A stretch of DNA of 64,000 nt from Candidatus Sumerlaeaceae bacterium (GCA_049968255.1 JBMFRB010000003.1:192998-256997), one strand, 5' to 3'. Positions 10,248 to 21,525 are shown, counted from the first letter of the stretch. Notes: generated by a model not told the origin, from the sequence alone. Translations and numbers: made by a program.

Positions 10248-12332
10248 GTGAAAGAATATGCGCCGAAACAGATTCGCAATGTAGCTCTTGCCGGTCACAC
10301 AGGCTCGGGCAAGACGACGTTCACGGAAGCCATCCTGTATAACCTCAAACTCACGGATCGCATGGGACGGGTCGAGGACGGCAACACGGTATCAGACTAC
10401 GACCCCGAAGAGCAGAAGCGCCTGATGTCTATCAACGCTTCGTTGATTCCCGTTGAGTACCGTGGCACGAAGATTAATTTTCTGGATTTGCCCGGTTATC
10501 GCGATTTCGTGGGCGAGATTCGCAATGCGATGCGCGTGTCGGAGGCGGTGGCCATCCTCGTGGACGCTTCGGGAGGAATCGAAGTCGGTGCAGAGTTGGC
10601 CTGGGAATACGCCGACGAATTCAAGCTTTCCCGCTTGGTCATCCTCAACAAGATGAACCGGGAGCGCGCAAACTTTCAGAAAGCGCTCGACGATGTCAAG
10701 GAAGCCTTTGGGTGCCGGCCAGTGATTGTGAGTTTCCCAATTGGCGAAGGACCGAATTTCAAAGGCGTGGTCAATGTGCTCACAGGCAAAATGTCGGTGG
10801 GCAACGGTGGGAAGGCGCAGCTTCAGGATGCGCCGGCAGAGGCTAAGGAGCGCCTCGAGGCGCTGCGCGCTGAGCTGATCGAGGTGGCGGCTGAAGGCGA
10901 TGACGAGCTCACGATGAAGTTCCTCGAGGGCGAAACCCTGACGCCCGAAGAGATCGTTCGCGGGCTAAAAGGAGTCGTCCTGGCGGGACGCGTTGTGCCT
11001 GTGCTCGCAGCGGCCGGCGTTGTGGGGGCGGGTGTGCTCGAAGTACTGGATTTTGCTGTGGACTGCCTACCCGCGCCGCCCGAGCGGGCGCCGTTCATGG
11101 CCAAGAGCGTAGATGGCAAGGACGACGTCGCTCTTGATTACGATGAAAATGGCTCGACGGTGGCTTTCGTCTTCAAGACCGTGAGCGATCCCTACGCAGG
11201 ACGCCTCACCTTCTTCAAAGTGCTGCGTGGTCAAGTGGCCAACGACACCGTGCTGCTCAATGTTACGCGCAGCGTGGAAGAGAAGGTCAGCCACCTCATG
11301 ACGGTGCGTGGTAAAAAGAGCGATCCCATCAGCCGCGCCTTAGCGGGCGATATCGCTGTGCTGGCCAAGCTCTCGAACACGTTCACCGGCGACACACTGA
11401 CCGATCCGAAGAATCCCGTAAAGGTCGAGCCAACGCCGATGCCTCCGCAAACCGTGCAAATGGCCGTTGTGGCCAAGTCGAAAGAGGATGAGGAAAAGAT
11501 TGGCATGGCGATGCACCGGCTCATTGAGCAAGATCCGACCCTGACGCTTTATCGCGACCAGGCCGTGCGTCAGACGATTCTGTGCGGCATGGGCGACACG
11601 CACCTCGAAGTGGCCGTGTCGCGCCTGCGGGCTCAGAGCAAAGTCGAAGTCGACCTCGAAATTCCCAAAGTGCCTTACCGCGAGACTATCACCAAGGTGG
11701 CGCAGGGTCAGGGCAAACACAAGAAGCAGTCGGGCGGACGCGGACAGTTCGGCGAATGCTGGCTACGGCTCGAACCTCTGCCCGAAGGCACCGGATTTCA
11801 GTTCGAGTGGCAGATCGTGGGGGGCGTCATTCCAACAAAATTCCAACCATCCGTGGAAAAGGGCATCATTCAGGCCATGGAAAAAGGCGTTCTTGCTGGC
11901 TATCCCGTGGTCGACGTCAAAGCGATCTGTTACGATGGCAAGGATCACCCCGTGGATTCCAGCGACATGGCCTTCCAGATTGCTGCGTCCAAGGGCTTCA
12001 AAAACGTTGCTAAGGAGGCCAACCCGATTCTGCTTGAGCCCATTTACAAAGTGAAGGTCATCGTTCCCGAACAATACATGGGCGATGTGATGGGCGACCT
12101 CAATTCGCGGCGTGGTCGCATCCTCGGCATGACCTCGCAAGGACGCAAGCAAGTGATCGAGGCCCTCGTGCCACTCGCGGAAATGTTCGAATACTCGAAA
12201 CAACTGCGTTCGATGACGCAGGGACGCGGCACCTATGAGATGGTCTTCGATCACTACGAACGCGTGCCCGGGGAAATCCAAGCTAAGGTTGTGGCGGCTG
12301 CAAAACCCGAGGCCGAGGAAGAAGAGGATTAG
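10248..12332 (+). CDS. fusA: Elongation factor G paralogue (EF-G2/FusA2-like)
   Basis: Full EF-G domain order: GHTGSGKTT, DLPGY, GMGDTHLE, HKKQSGGRGQF, VDSSDMAF, LLEP, LRSMTQGRG. Not in an rpsL-rpsG-tuf operon. GTG 10248 follows AAGGAG. Confidence 0.92.
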   Translation: MKEYAPKQIRNVALAGHTGSGKTTFTEAILYNLKLTDRMGRVEDGNTVSDYDPEEQKRLMSINASLIPVEYRGTKINFLDLPGYRDFVGEIRNAMRVSEAVAILVDASGGIEVGAELAWEYADEFKLSRLVILNKMNRERANFQKALDDVKEAFGCRPVIVSFPIGEGPNFKGVVNVLTGKMSVGNGGKAQLQDAPAEAKERLEALRAELIEVAAEGDDELTMKFLEGETLTPEEIVRGLKGVVLAGRVVPVLAAAGVVGAGVLEVLDFAVDCLPAPPERAPFMAKSVDGKDDVALDYDENGSTVAFVFKTVSDPYAGRLTFFKVLRGQVANDTVLLNVTRSVEEKVSHLMTVRGKKSDPISRALAGDIAVLAKLSNTFTGDTLTDPKNPVKVEPTPMPPQTVQMAVVAKSKEDEEKIGMAMHRLIEQDPTLTLYRDQAVRQTILCGMGDTHLEVAVSRLRAQSKVEVDLEIPKVPYRETITKVAQGQGKHKKQSGGRGQFGECWLRLEPLPEGTGFQFEWQIVGGVIPTKFQPSVEKGIIQAMEKGVLAGYPVVDVKAICYDGKDHPVDSSDMAFQIAASKGFKNVAKEANPILLEPIYKVKVIVPEQYMGDVMGDLNSRRGRILGMTSQGRKQVIEALVPLAEMFEYSKQLRSMTQGRGTYEMVFDHYERVPGEIQAKVVAAAKPEAEEEED

Positions 12333-12380
12333 AGGCTGCGGATAGGCTTAGCATCCTTGCGTTTTGGCTCGTAACGGTGT

Positions 12381-12423
12381 GGGGGCGCATTGAGGATTCT
12401 GGCTCAGCGCCCCCTCTCTTTGT
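12381..12423 (+). terminator. Probable intrinsic terminator after the EF-G paralogue
   Basis: GGGGGCGC (12381-88) pairs with GCGCCCCC (12407-14), with an inner TGAG/CTCA pair, followed by TCTCTTTGT. Confidence 0.55.
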
Positions 12424-12552
12424 GAGCAAAGGGTTGTAGACACGGCCGGTTTGCAGCGCAAAAGTTGGCATTGCATCGAAGCACTTGGTTGCACTAGACC
12501 TCTGTGGACGTCTCATGCACCAGCGCAAAAAAGTGGGTCCAGGCACTTCGTC

Positions 12553-13824
12553 ATGACGGCGACAGCGTGGAAATCGACGGCGATCTGGCTTTTGCTCTTT
12601 GGTGCCTTCACCGCGTTTGTTGTGGCGAACAAAGGGTGGGGTGTATTCTTAAACTATTTGCTACTAGGTATCCCTCAAGGCTCTATCATTGCTGCCATTG
12701 CCGTGGGCTACTCCATGGTCTATGGCATCATTCAGCTGATCAACTTCGCGCACGGCGAAGTCTTTATGCTGTCGGCTTATTTCCTGCTCATGTTTCTTGT
12801 GCCTCCAGATTCGCCCTCGTCGGTGGCGCCGCGAATCATTACGGCAATCGTGGGGCTGATTGTCGGCGTCGCGTTCCACACCGCTCTGGGCGAACATCGC
12901 TCGCCACGCTTGCGCCTGCTGATTGCCCTCGTGGTGGGAATTTCCGTCGCGGCGATCAATGGCCAGCTGTTGCCGGTGTGGGGCGGCGCGCCGCGTATCC
13001 CTTTCTTCGCAGCCTACGTTCTGGCCATTCTCTATGCGTGTTGTCTCGGTGTGACGATGGACCGTTTGGCCTATCGGCCGCTGCGAGCTTCACCGCGCCT
13101 GATTGCACTCATCACCGCCATTGGGTTGTCGCTTCTCCTGCAAAATGTGGCCCAGGTCACGTGGGGCAGCGCGAGCCGCTTCTTCCCGGCCAATGCCACG
13201 CCCAGCTTCTTTACAGGTAAGCGGATCTCTCTGGCGAAAGTTGGCGATACACAGCTCGAACTTTCCATGCTTGATGCCCTCATCATTATTGTTGCTGTGC
13301 TCTCGATGGCCGTGCTCCAGACGTTTGTCCTGCGGTCGCGCACGGGCAAGGCGATGCGCGCGTGTGCCCAGGACCGCGTCACTGCGAGTCTGATGGGGAT
13401 TCGCGTGGACACGGTTGTGGCGCTGGCTTTTGCTATTGGTGCTGGCCTTGCGGGACTCGTCGCGCCCCTCTATGTGCTGCGCGGAACGCCGCTATATCCG
13501 CAGATGGGTTATATCGTCGGCATTCTGGCTTTTGCTTCCGCAGTGCTTGGCGGCATCGGTAATCTCACGGGAGCAATGATCGGCGGGATGATCATCGGCA
13601 TCATCTACAGCTTCGTGCCGCTTTTCGATGCGTTTGATACATTTCCTGTTTTCGCCGTTTTCGAGCGCTGGGGATGGATGACGCGTGAGGGATTTCAGCA
13701 ATTCATGGCGGCGTTCGGACGACCGAGTCAGTACCAGCTCGGTGTGGCCTATGCGTTCATGATCCTTGTGATCATCTTCAAGCCAACAGGTCTGCTCGGT
13801 AAAGCGACGGCAAAACGCGCATGA
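12553..13824 (+). CDS. livH: Branched-chain amino acid ABC transporter permease (LivH-like, extended)
   Basis: GYSMVYGIIQLINFAHGE, TGKAMRA, AVLGGIGN, KPTGLLG. Confidence 0.88.
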   Translation: MTATAWKSTAIWLLLFGAFTAFVVANKGWGVFLNYLLLGIPQGSIIAAIAVGYSMVYGIIQLINFAHGEVFMLSAYFLLMFLVPPDSPSSVAPRIITAIVGLIVGVAFHTALGEHRSPRLRLLIALVVGISVAAINGQLLPVWGGAPRIPFFAAYVLAILYACCLGVTMDRLAYRPLRASPRLIALITAIGLSLLLQNVAQVTWGSASRFFPANATPSFFTGKRISLAKVGDTQLELSMLDALIIIVAVLSMAVLQTFVLRSRTGKAMRACAQDRVTASLMGIRVDTVVALAFAIGAGLAGLVAPLYVLRGTPLYPQMGYIVGILAFASAVLGGIGNLTGAMIGGMIIGIIYSFVPLFDAFDTFPVFAVFERWGWMTREGFQQFMAAFGRPSQYQLGVAYAFMILVIIFKPTGLLGKATAKRA

Positions 13825-13834
13825 GGTCAGGACA

Positions 13835-14986
13835 ATGAAGACACTCACCCCACGACAATGGCGTCTCCTCGGAGCACTTGCCTATGTGGTGTTTGCTCTG
13901 GCCTTGCCCCACGTGTTGGCTGTGCTTCTTTCGCCGATGAGTTTCTCTCCCGCGCTCAATGTGGCTGTGTTGGTCACCATTGCCGGCATGGCAGCCACTG
14001 GCCTCAACATCATCGTGGGCTATTGCGGGCTCCTCAATCTTGGCTTTGCAGGATTTATGCTGATTGGCGCCTACACGGCGGGAATTCTCATGAAGGAGCA
14101 CGGGTGGAGCTTTTGGGCGGCAGCACCGGCCGCAGCTTTGCACGGCGCGTTATGGGGAGTGATTCTCGGCATTCCGACGTTGCGCCTTGTTGGCGATTAT
14201 TTCGCCATTGTGACGTTCGGCTTCAGCGAACTTGTGATCATGGTCGCGAAGAATTGGGTCAACGTCACACGCGGTCCGGCTGGCTATCCTGATGTCCCAC
14301 GCCCGGTGCTTGATCTATCGTGGTTAGCGCCGCTGTTAGGCTTGCCCGCCGATGAGCTGCGTCTGGCCTTCACCGGAATTGATCGTGTGGCGTACTGGTA
14401 CCTTGCGACATTTCTTCTCGGATTGTGCATGCTGATTTCCGATCGGGTGGCGCGTTCGCGAGTCGGCCGTGCGTGGCTGGCTATTCGCGAAGATGAAGTG
14501 GCTGCTGAAGCTTGCGGTATTGATGCTCGGCGTTATAAAACCATGGCCTTTGCCGTGAGCGCGGCCATTGGTGCGCTGGCTGGGGCTTTCCAAGGGGCCT
14601 ATCTCACATTGGTCGATTATCGCAACTATGAATTCATGACCAGCGTGTACGTGCTATGCTACGTTGTGCTCGGCGGCATGGGCACAGTGCTTGGTCCCGT
14701 GGTAGGGGCAGCGATACTTGTCTCGCTCGTCGAGCTGCTGCGCACCAGCCCGGCCAGTTATCTGGCCGGCCTCGTGGCTTGGTGGCCTGCCCTTCGCGAT
14801 TGGCTGGCCGCTCTGCCCTGGGTGCCGGACATGCGCTTCATCATCTACGGGGTGATCCTTATTCTCATGATTCGCTTCCGCCCTGAGGGCATCATCAGGA
14901 GCCGTGTGCGTGCGCGCGAGTTGCACGCGCATTTTCAGCCAGGCGAGGAAGATGGACTGTCGTTGTACGTTCTTCATTCGCGCTGA
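13835..14986 (+). CDS. livM: Branched-chain amino acid ABC transporter permease (LivM-like)
   Basis: GLNIIVGYCGLLNLG, LRLVGDYFAIVT, GRAWLAIREDE, VVLGGMG, RPEG. Confidence 0.88.
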   Translation: MKTLTPRQWRLLGALAYVVFALALPHVLAVLLSPMSFSPALNVAVLVTIAGMAATGLNIIVGYCGLLNLGFAGFMLIGAYTAGILMKEHGWSFWAAAPAAALHGALWGVILGIPTLRLVGDYFAIVTFGFSELVIMVAKNWVNVTRGPAGYPDVPRPVLDLSWLAPLLGLPADELRLAFTGIDRVAYWYLATFLLGLCMLISDRVARSRVGRAWLAIREDEVAAEACGIDARRYKTMAFAVSAAIGALAGAFQGAYLTLVDYRNYEFMTSVYVLCYVVLGGMGTVLGPVVGAAILVSLVELLRTSPASYLAGLVAWWPALRDWLAALPWVPDMRFIIYGVILILMIRFRPEGIIRSRVRARELHAHFQPGEEDGLSLYVLHSR

Positions 14987-15062
14987 GCGCTTGACTCATG
15001 GGTCTGGCGTCCGCGCTTATTTTGCGATCCGATAGGACACACCAAATCTAGCGAGGTTTTCA

Positions 15063-15482
15063 ATGGCACAACGCACACTTATCTTTGTCAAACCCGACGG
15101 CGTGCGCCGTGGGTTGGTGGGGGAGATCATCTCGCGTTTTGAACGCAAGGGACTTCGTATCGTCGCCATCAAGATGTTGCGCTTCACCCCTGAGCTGGCC
15201 CGCAAACATTACCAGGAGCATGTGAATAAGCCCTTCTACCCAGCACTCGAGGAGTTTATCCTCAGCGGTCCCGTGGTGGCCATGGTACTCGAAGGCGAGG
15301 ATGTTGTGGAGCTCACACGGACAATGATGGGCAAGACCAAGCACACGGAAGCGGCACCGGGAACAATCCGCGGCGATTTCGCCTTCTCCACGACGGAAAA
15401 TCTCGTGCACGGCAGTGACTCGCCCGAGCGTGCTGCGATCGAAATTGCCAATTTTTTCACGCCAGATGAGATCGTCGGCTAG
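15063..15482 (+). CDS. ndk: Nucleoside diphosphate kinase
   Basis: [26 protein letters not shown] catalytic His. Confidence 0.97.
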   Translation: MAQRTLIFVKPDGVRRGLVGEIISRFERKGLRIVAIKMLRFTPELARKHYQEHVNKPFYPALEEFILSGPVVAMVLEGEDVVELTRTMMGKTKHTEAAPGTIRGDFAFSTTENLVHGSDSPERAAIEIANFFTPDEIVG

Positions 15483-15558
15483 GAGCCAAACGCTCGCGCA
15501 CGCCATGATGAAATTGTCCTTGGACGGCTAAAGCCATTGTGACAAACTCGCAGTTTAC

Positions 15559-18288
15559 ATGAAAGAAAGCGCACGCCAGGCCAGCGTGGATACTCCACTT
15601 CTGCGCCAGTACCAACGCATCAAGGCGCAGCATCCCGATCATATTTTGTTTTTTCGCTGCGGCGATTTCTACGAAATGTTTTACGACGATGCGAAGATCG
15701 CCGCGCGAGTCTTGGGTATTGCGCTGACGAGCCGAGGCACTGATGCAGAGGGGCTGCCCGTGCCGCTTGCTGGCGTGCCCTATCACGCCGTCGAGCCCTA
15801 CCTCGCCAAAATGATCCGTGCGGGCTACAAAGTTGCCATTTGCGAACAGATGGAAAACCCGAAGCACGCCAAAGGGGTTGTACGGCGCGAGGTCGTGCGG
15901 GTTGTCACTCCAGGCACAGTCGTCGAGGAAAACCTCCTCGATAATAAAGCAAATAATTATCTTGTTGCAGTCCTTGCGGACACAAAAGGATTCGGGCTTG
16001 CTGCGCTGGAATTTTCTACGGGGGATTTTAGCATCGCGCAGTTTTTAGGCAAAAATGCCGGTGCGCGTCTTGCCAACGAGCTCGCTCGGCTCGAGCCGGC
16101 CGAGATCGTCCTTTTACGCGAGCAACGCCCGATCCTTGAGGCGCACTTTGGCTGGCGTCGCGAAGACGAGCAACTGCCGATGGATGGTCCTTCCAAGGAC
16201 GAATCCTCTGCGCAAACCGAGCGCCCCCACGTTTCTGGCGAAAGGCGCCCCTCCGTGGCCGTCGTCGATGGCGCGCTCAGTTATCCTTACGCACGCGAGA
16301 TGCTTTTGCGCCACTTTGGCGTCCGCGATCTCGCCGGCTTTGGGGCGGAAAGGTGCGAACTCGGCGTGCAGGCCGCCGCTGCAGTCCTGGCCTATCTGCG
16401 CCAAACGCACAATGCGCAGCTTGCGCATCTCACTGCACTGCGCGTCTATGAGCCGGGCGAGTACATGACCCTCGACCCAGTGACGCAGCGTTCACTTGAG
16501 TTGGTGGTGAACCTCACCGATGCCACGCGGCGCAATACGCTTCTCGAGGTGTTGGATCATACGGCCACTGCGATGGGCGGCCGACTTCTCCGATCGTGGA
16601 TCCTGGAGCCGCTGCGCCTGCGCGAGCGTATCGCGCAGCGCCTCGACGCCGTGCAAGAGCTCGTTGAAACCTATACGCTGCGCCAACGTGTGACCGAGGC
16701 GCTGGGAGGGATTGCGGATTTGGAGCGCATCCTTGCCCGGGCCGTGTGCAAGACGGCAAATGCTCGCGATTTGTTGGCTCTGCGCCAATCACTGGAACAA
16801 GTTCCAAAACTACGCAGCTTACTGGCCGAGGTGAAGCAGTCGGCTTTGCTACGCGAGGTGCGTGATGAGCTCGATCCTCTTGAGGAGTTGGTCGCTCAGC
16901 TTCGCGCGATCGTGGATAATCCCCCCGCCACCGTGCGCGAAGGGGGAATTATCGTCGACGGCTTTGATCCTAAGCTCGACGAATTGCGCGCGATTGCACA
17001 CGACTCGAAATCTTGGATTGCTGCAATGCGCCAGGCCGAGATTGAGCGCACAGGCATCCCGAATCTCAAAATCGGCTACAACAAGGTTTTTGGCTATTAT
17101 ATCGAGGTAACGAACTCATATCTTGATCGCGTGCCGCCCACTTATATCCGCAAGCAGACGCTTGTGGGTGGTGAGCGCTTCATCACCCCTGAGTTGAAAG
17201 AAAAAGAAGAAATCATCCTTCATGCGGAAGAGCGAATCCAGGAGCTGGAGTTCGAAATATTCGAGCGTTTGCGCGAGGCCGTGTGTGGCTGCGCGCGGGC
17301 GATTCAGCAGACAGCCGCGGCGTTGGCTACCCTCGACGCCCTGCTCTCACTGGCCCATGCCGCTGTGGCGGGCAATTATTGCCGGCCGGACATCGTCGAA
17401 AACAGCGACCAGGCCGTGCTTCACATTGTGGAAGGTCGACATCCTGTGCTCGAGGCGCTCGATCTTGGCCAACCGTTCGTGCCGAATGATGTGCTGCTCG
17501 ACCACCGCGAAAATCAGATATTGCTCATTACAGGCCCCAACATGGCGGGCAAAAGCACCTACATTCGCCAAGTTGCCCTTATTGCTCTTCTTGCCCATGT
17601 CGGCTCGTTTGTGCCGGCACGTCGCGCAAAGATCCCAATTCTCGATCGCATTTTCACCCGCGTGGGCGCTATGGATCAAATTGCACGTGGACAAAGCACG
17701 TTCCTCGTGGAAATGAGCGAGACCGCCAATATCCTGAACAACGCGACTAATGAATCGCTCGTGATTCTCGATGAGATCGGACGCGGAACGTCCACGTACG
17801 ATGGGCTTTCGATCGCGTGGGCCGTGGTCGAATACCTCCACAACACAAAGGGGCGTCAGCCCCTTACGCTGTTTGCCACGCACTATCATGAGCTCACGGA
17901 GCTCGAAAATGCCCTTCCACGCGTGAGGAATTACAATGTGGCCGTGCTCGAGGAAGAGGATCGTGTGGCGTTTCTCTACAAGATCGTGCGTGGGGCGACG
18001 GATCGCAGCTACGGCATCTACGCAGCTCAAGTGGCGGGACTACCACGAGCTGCAATTCGGCGGGCCAAAGAAATCCTGCAGGAGCTCGAAGAGGGCCACG
18101 ATATTCGCGTCAAAGGTGCACCATCGCACCGCGTCTCAGCCGATGCGATCCAGCTCACATTCTTTGATCTAATCGAGGATCCCATCATCCAGCGGCTAAA
18201 ATCTATAGACGTTAACAAGCTAACACCGCTTGACGCTCTTGCCCTTCTTGCTCAGCTTGCCGAGCAAGCGCGTCGCGGGCGCCAGTGA
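15559..18288 (+). CDS. mutS: DNA mismatch repair protein MutS
   Basis: GDFYEMF mismatch-binding motif, [42 protein letters not shown]. Confidence 0.97.
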   Translation: MKESARQASVDTPLLRQYQRIKAQHPDHILFFRCGDFYEMFYDDAKIAARVLGIALTSRGTDAEGLPVPLAGVPYHAVEPYLAKMIRAGYKVAICEQMENPKHAKGVVRREVVRVVTPGTVVEENLLDNKANNYLVAVLADTKGFGLAALEFSTGDFSIAQFLGKNAGARLANELARLEPAEIVLLREQRPILEAHFGWRREDEQLPMDGPSKDESSAQTERPHVSGERRPSVAVVDGALSYPYAREMLLRHFGVRDLAGFGAERCELGVQAAAAVLAYLRQTHNAQLAHLTALRVYEPGEYMTLDPVTQRSLELVVNLTDATRRNTLLEVLDHTATAMGGRLLRSWILEPLRLRERIAQRLDAVQELVETYTLRQRVTEALGGIADLERILARAVCKTANARDLLALRQSLEQVPKLRSLLAEVKQSALLREVRDELDPLEELVAQLRAIVDNPPATVREGGIIVDGFDPKLDELRAIAHDSKSWIAAMRQAEIERTGIPNLKIGYNKVFGYYIEVTNSYLDRVPPTYIRKQTLVGGERFITPELKEKEEIILHAEERIQELEFEIFERLREAVCGCARAIQQTAAALATLDALLSLAHAAVAGNYCRPDIVENSDQAVLHIVEGRHPVLEALDLGQPFVPNDVLLDHRENQILLITGPNMAGKSTYIRQVALIALLAHVGSFVPARRAKIPILDRIFTRVGAMDQIARGQSTFLVEMSETANILNNATNESLVILDEIGRGTSTYDGLSIAWAVVEYLHNTKGRQPLTLFATHYHELTELENALPRVRNYNVAVLEEEDRVAFLYKIVRGATDRSYGIYAAQVAGLPRAAIRRAKEILQELEEGHDIRVKGAPSHRVSADAIQLTFFDLIEDPIIQRLKSIDVNKLTPLDALALLAQLAEQARRGRQ

Positions 18289-18294
18289 CCGTGC

Positions 18295-18864
18295 TCAGCC
18301 TTCCTGCCCCTGCTGTTCGCGCCCGAGACTTTCGTGCAAATAGCGCAGAACGTTTTCGAAGCGCGCTTCGTTTTCAGAATCAACCTCACACAGCTTTTGA
18401 TGAGTCTCGATCATGTGCACAATTCTATCGAGCTTTGAGACTTCCGGGATTTGTTCTTCCTGGAAACTCGCATCGGCCGGAATAGGACCGGGGCCTTTGC
18501 CCTTTTGGCCAGGCATCTCGACAAACCGGCTGATGCCGAGTGTGTCGAGCAATTTGCGCGTGTGATCATTGGCATTCACCACCACGACCGCCCGATCGCA
18601 CTCTTTGCGTTGACGCAAAGCGATGCTGGCGAGTGCACCGAGAAACGTCGAATCCATCGTGCTGCATTTGTCGAGGTCGAGGATGAAAAAGTATTTCCCT
18701 TTGCCGTATTTCGTGGCGAGCCTCTCCGCTAGCTTGAGAAAAGCGACACTGTTGACGAAGCTTCCGCGCCCGTGGATTTGAAGCACTACGATACCATCGC
18801 CTAACTCCGCAAAACGCAGAGAATCAGCAAACTGCTGTTCAGGAGTTGGATTTGTCGTGGACAT
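18295..18864 (-). CDS. STAS-domain protein (anti-sigma factor antagonist-like) with C-terminal extension
   Basis: ILDLDKCSTMDSTFLG (DS phospho-site motif); C-terminal MIETHQKL...NEARF helix. Confidence 0.82.
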   Translation of the reverse strand: MSTTNPTPEQQFADSLRFAELGDGIVVLQIHGRGSFVNSVAFLKLAERLATKYGKGKYFFILDLDKCSTMDSTFLGALASIALRQRKECDRAVVVVNANDHTRKLLDTLGISRFVEMPGQKGKGPGPIPADASFQEEQIPEVSKLDRIVHMIETHQKLCEVDSENEARFENVLRYLHESLGREQQGQEG

Positions 18865-18867
18865 GAC

Positions 18868-19287
18868 TCACTCTCCCCCTCTTTCTGCAACGACTTTGAC
18901 AAAGAACTTTCGCTGACGGGGGCCGTCGAATTCGCAAAAGAACACACCCTGCCACGTACCAAGCACGAGGTGCCCTTTGTGAACGATGAGAGTCTGCGAT
19001 GGGCCGATGAGCGAGCATTGGACATGCGAATCGCTGTTGCCCTCGCTGTGGGCGTAATCGTCCTCATGGGGAACAAGACGCCCAAGCACCATGCCGAGGT
19101 CCTGCACAACGTCGGGATCGGCGTGTTCGTTGATCGTAATGCCGGCCGTCGTATGCGGGCAATAAACGACACAAATTCCTTCACCCACCTGGCTAGCCGC
19201 CACGGCTTCACGCACTTGGGCTGTGATGTCCACAAATTGCCGCCGCGATGTTGTTCGAATCGTGTACTCTTTCATCGTTAGCTTCAA
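18868..19287 (-). CDS. yjbQ: YjbQ/UPF0047 family protein
   Basis: PHTTAGITINE..DPDV, H.EGNSDSH, LGTWQGVFFCEFDGPR. Confidence 0.92.
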   Translation of the reverse strand: MKLTMKEYTIRTTSRRQFVDITAQVREAVAASQVGEGICVVYCPHTTAGITINEHADPDVVQDLGMVLGRLVPHEDDYAHSEGNSDSHVQCSLIGPSQTLIVHKGHLVLGTWQGVFFCEFDGPRQRKFFVKVVAERGGE

Positions 19288-19457
19288 CGCACACTGTTAG
19301 TATATGGCATGATGAAAAATCATGCGAAAATTGCCAATGGGCAAGCACTAGGCAGCACTTCTTGACCAATTGTCGCCGAAGGCAAGAATGCACGAAAAAA
19401 CGAACTTTTGTGAGATTGTGCAAAAAGAGCGCTGGGCCCCGAGGAGGGATAACGAAC

Positions 19458-20462
19458 ATGACAGAATTGATGCGTGCCATGGTTCTGCGCAGATGTGGTG
19501 AGCCACTGGAGCTTGCTGAGATTCCTCGGCCAACGCCAGGACCGGGGCAGCTCCTGGTTCAGGTGGAGGCGTGCGGGGTGTGTCGCACAGATCAGCACAT
19601 TGCTGACGGTGAGCTTGCGGAACCGCCTCGTTTGCCTCTCGTACTCGGACACGAAGTTGTGGGGCGCATTGTGGAGCTAGCTCCTCAGGTCGAGGAATTT
19701 ACCATCGGCCAGCGCGTTGGAATTCCCTGGCTAGGCTCAACGTGCGGACGCTGTTGGTTTTGTGTCCACGAGCAGGAAAATCTGTGCGACAATTCTGTGT
19801 TCACCGGCTACACGCGCGATGGCGGCTATGCGCAATTTGCTGTAGCCGACGCGCGCTATTGTTTCGCTTTGCCCGTGCATCTGGATGCTGTTCACGCCGC
19901 ACCTCTGCTCTGCGCGGGGCTTATCGGTTTTCGCTCATATCGTTTTGTTGGCGAACATGCCCAGCGCATCGGTTTCTACGGCTTCGGCGCCAGCGCCCAT
20001 ATTCTTGCGCAGCTTGCGGTGGCCCAGGGACGCGAAATTTTTGCGTTCGTACGGCCTGGCGACGAGCAGGGACGCCGCTTCGCACTCGAACTCGGTTGTG
20101 TTTGGGCCGGTTTTAGCGACGAGCCGCCGCCATGCGCTCTCGATGGGGCGATCATCTTCGCACCCGTTGGCGCGCTTGTGCCCGCAGCACTCCGCGCGGT
20201 GCGAAAAGGCGGGGTCGTGGTCTGCGGCGGCATCCACATGAGTCCCATCCCTTCTTTCCCCTACAGGGACCTTTGGCACGAACGTGTGATTCGCTCCGTG
20301 GCAAATTTGACGCGCAGCGACGGCCTCGACTTTTTCAAAGCGATCGAGAACGTGGCGATCCATACTCACGTCCGCCCGTATCCGCTAGAGCAAGCTAACG
20401 ACGCGCTTGACGCTCTGCGGCACGGCCAACTCACTGGCGCGGCCGTGTTAGTGATGCCGTGA
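19458..20462 (+). CDS. Zinc-dependent alcohol dehydrogenase
   Basis: CGVCRTD, GHEVVG, CGRCWFC..ENLC, LLCAG, GFGASA. ATG 19458 follows GAGGAGG. Confidence 0.92.
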   Translation: MTELMRAMVLRRCGEPLELAEIPRPTPGPGQLLVQVEACGVCRTDQHIADGELAEPPRLPLVLGHEVVGRIVELAPQVEEFTIGQRVGIPWLGSTCGRCWFCVHEQENLCDNSVFTGYTRDGGYAQFAVADARYCFALPVHLDAVHAAPLLCAGLIGFRSYRFVGEHAQRIGFYGFGASAHILAQLAVAQGREIFAFVRPGDEQGRRFALELGCVWAGFSDEPPPCALDGAIIFAPVGALVPAALRAVRKGGVVVCGGIHMSPIPSFPYRDLWHERVIRSVANLTRSDGLDFFKAIENVAIHTHVRPYPLEQANDALDALRHGQLTGAAVLVMP

Positions 20463-20616
20463 GGCCGAGCAACATGCAAAAGTGTTCGAACGGCGCTTTG
20501 TGTGCTAAGTGGCTAAGCGAGGGCGCAGCGCCGCGCGCGTTGCTGCAGATGCTTTTCTCCGCTGATTTATACCCAGCGCGGATAAATTCCGTGCAGTCGA
20601 TCCTGCGTCGTGCAGT

Positions 20617-21525
20617 TTACGTCTCGCGCTGAGGGGGAGGGATGCGCCGGCCTCGCGCTGCAGCAAAAAGCCATCGGATTTCTTCAAGATTGGGACTCGA
20701 CGGCGTCTCCGTCACCATCGGCAGACCGCGTAACGTGTGATCGCGAAGCAGTCGGCGGAATGCTGCTTCACCGATCATCCCTCTGCCGATATGTTGATGG
20801 CGGTCCACGCGCGTCGCACACGCGACCTTCGAGTCATTGAGATGAAGGGCCACAAGCAGCTCGCGCCCAAGAATGGTATCGAAATCATGCCAGAGGCGGC
20901 GGTATCCCTCAGCAGTTCGGATGTCGTAGCCGACAGCGAAAACGTGTGCGGTGTCGAGGCACACGCCCAGGCGCGACCGGCACCGTGCACGTCGGAGCAT
21001 CTCACGCAATTCACGGAAGTCAGCGCCGAGCGACGTTCCTTGGCCCGCCGTTGTCTCGAGGAGAATGCGGCAGCGTCCGCGGCCAACGGCACCGACGATC
21101 TCATCAAGCGCTGTAGCAACGCGCTCGATGCCAACCTCAACGCCATCGCCGCCGTGCGCCCCAGGATGCACCACAAGCGCGTCAAGTCCGAGGACCTCGC
21201 AACGCTCCAGCTCGTCAACAAGATCAGCAATCGTCTTTTCGCGTAGCACCGGATCACTGGTAGCCATGTTAACAAGATAAATTGAATGAGCAATGACAAC
21301 CTTGATGGGCGAATCACGTCGTGCCTGCCGAAATAGCTCGGCCTCTTTCGCATCCAGTGGCGGAAAGTCCCAGCGTGTGTTGCCCTTGACGAAAATTTGG
21401 ATCGCTGTGCACTCATGAGCAACGCCGCGTTCAATGGCTTTGTGCACGCCACCGGCAATGCTAACATGAGCGCCGATGAGCAGTGGCGCTCCGGCTTCGG
21501 AGCCACGAATGTTATTTGCTGGCAT
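20617..21525 (-). CDS. nfo: Endonuclease IV (AP endonuclease)
   Basis: IGAHVSIAGG, HSIYLVN, VVHPG, LLETTAGQG, CLDTAH, HLNDSK, DRHQHIG, ETP. Start placed at ATG 21525, overlapping the UDG stop. Confidence 0.95.
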   Translation of the reverse strand: MPANNIRGSEAGAPLLIGAHVSIAGGVHKAIERGVAHECTAIQIFVKGNTRWDFPPLDAKEAELFRQARRDSPIKVVIAHSIYLVNMATSDPVLREKTIADLVDELERCEVLGLDALVVHPGAHGGDGVEVGIERVATALDEIVGAVGRGRCRILLETTAGQGTSLGADFRELREMLRRARCRSRLGVCLDTAHVFAVGYDIRTAEGYRRLWHDFDTILGRELLVALHLNDSKVACATRVDRHQHIGRGMIGEAAFRRLLRDHTLRGLPMVTETPSSPNLEEIRWLFAAARGRRIPPPQRET

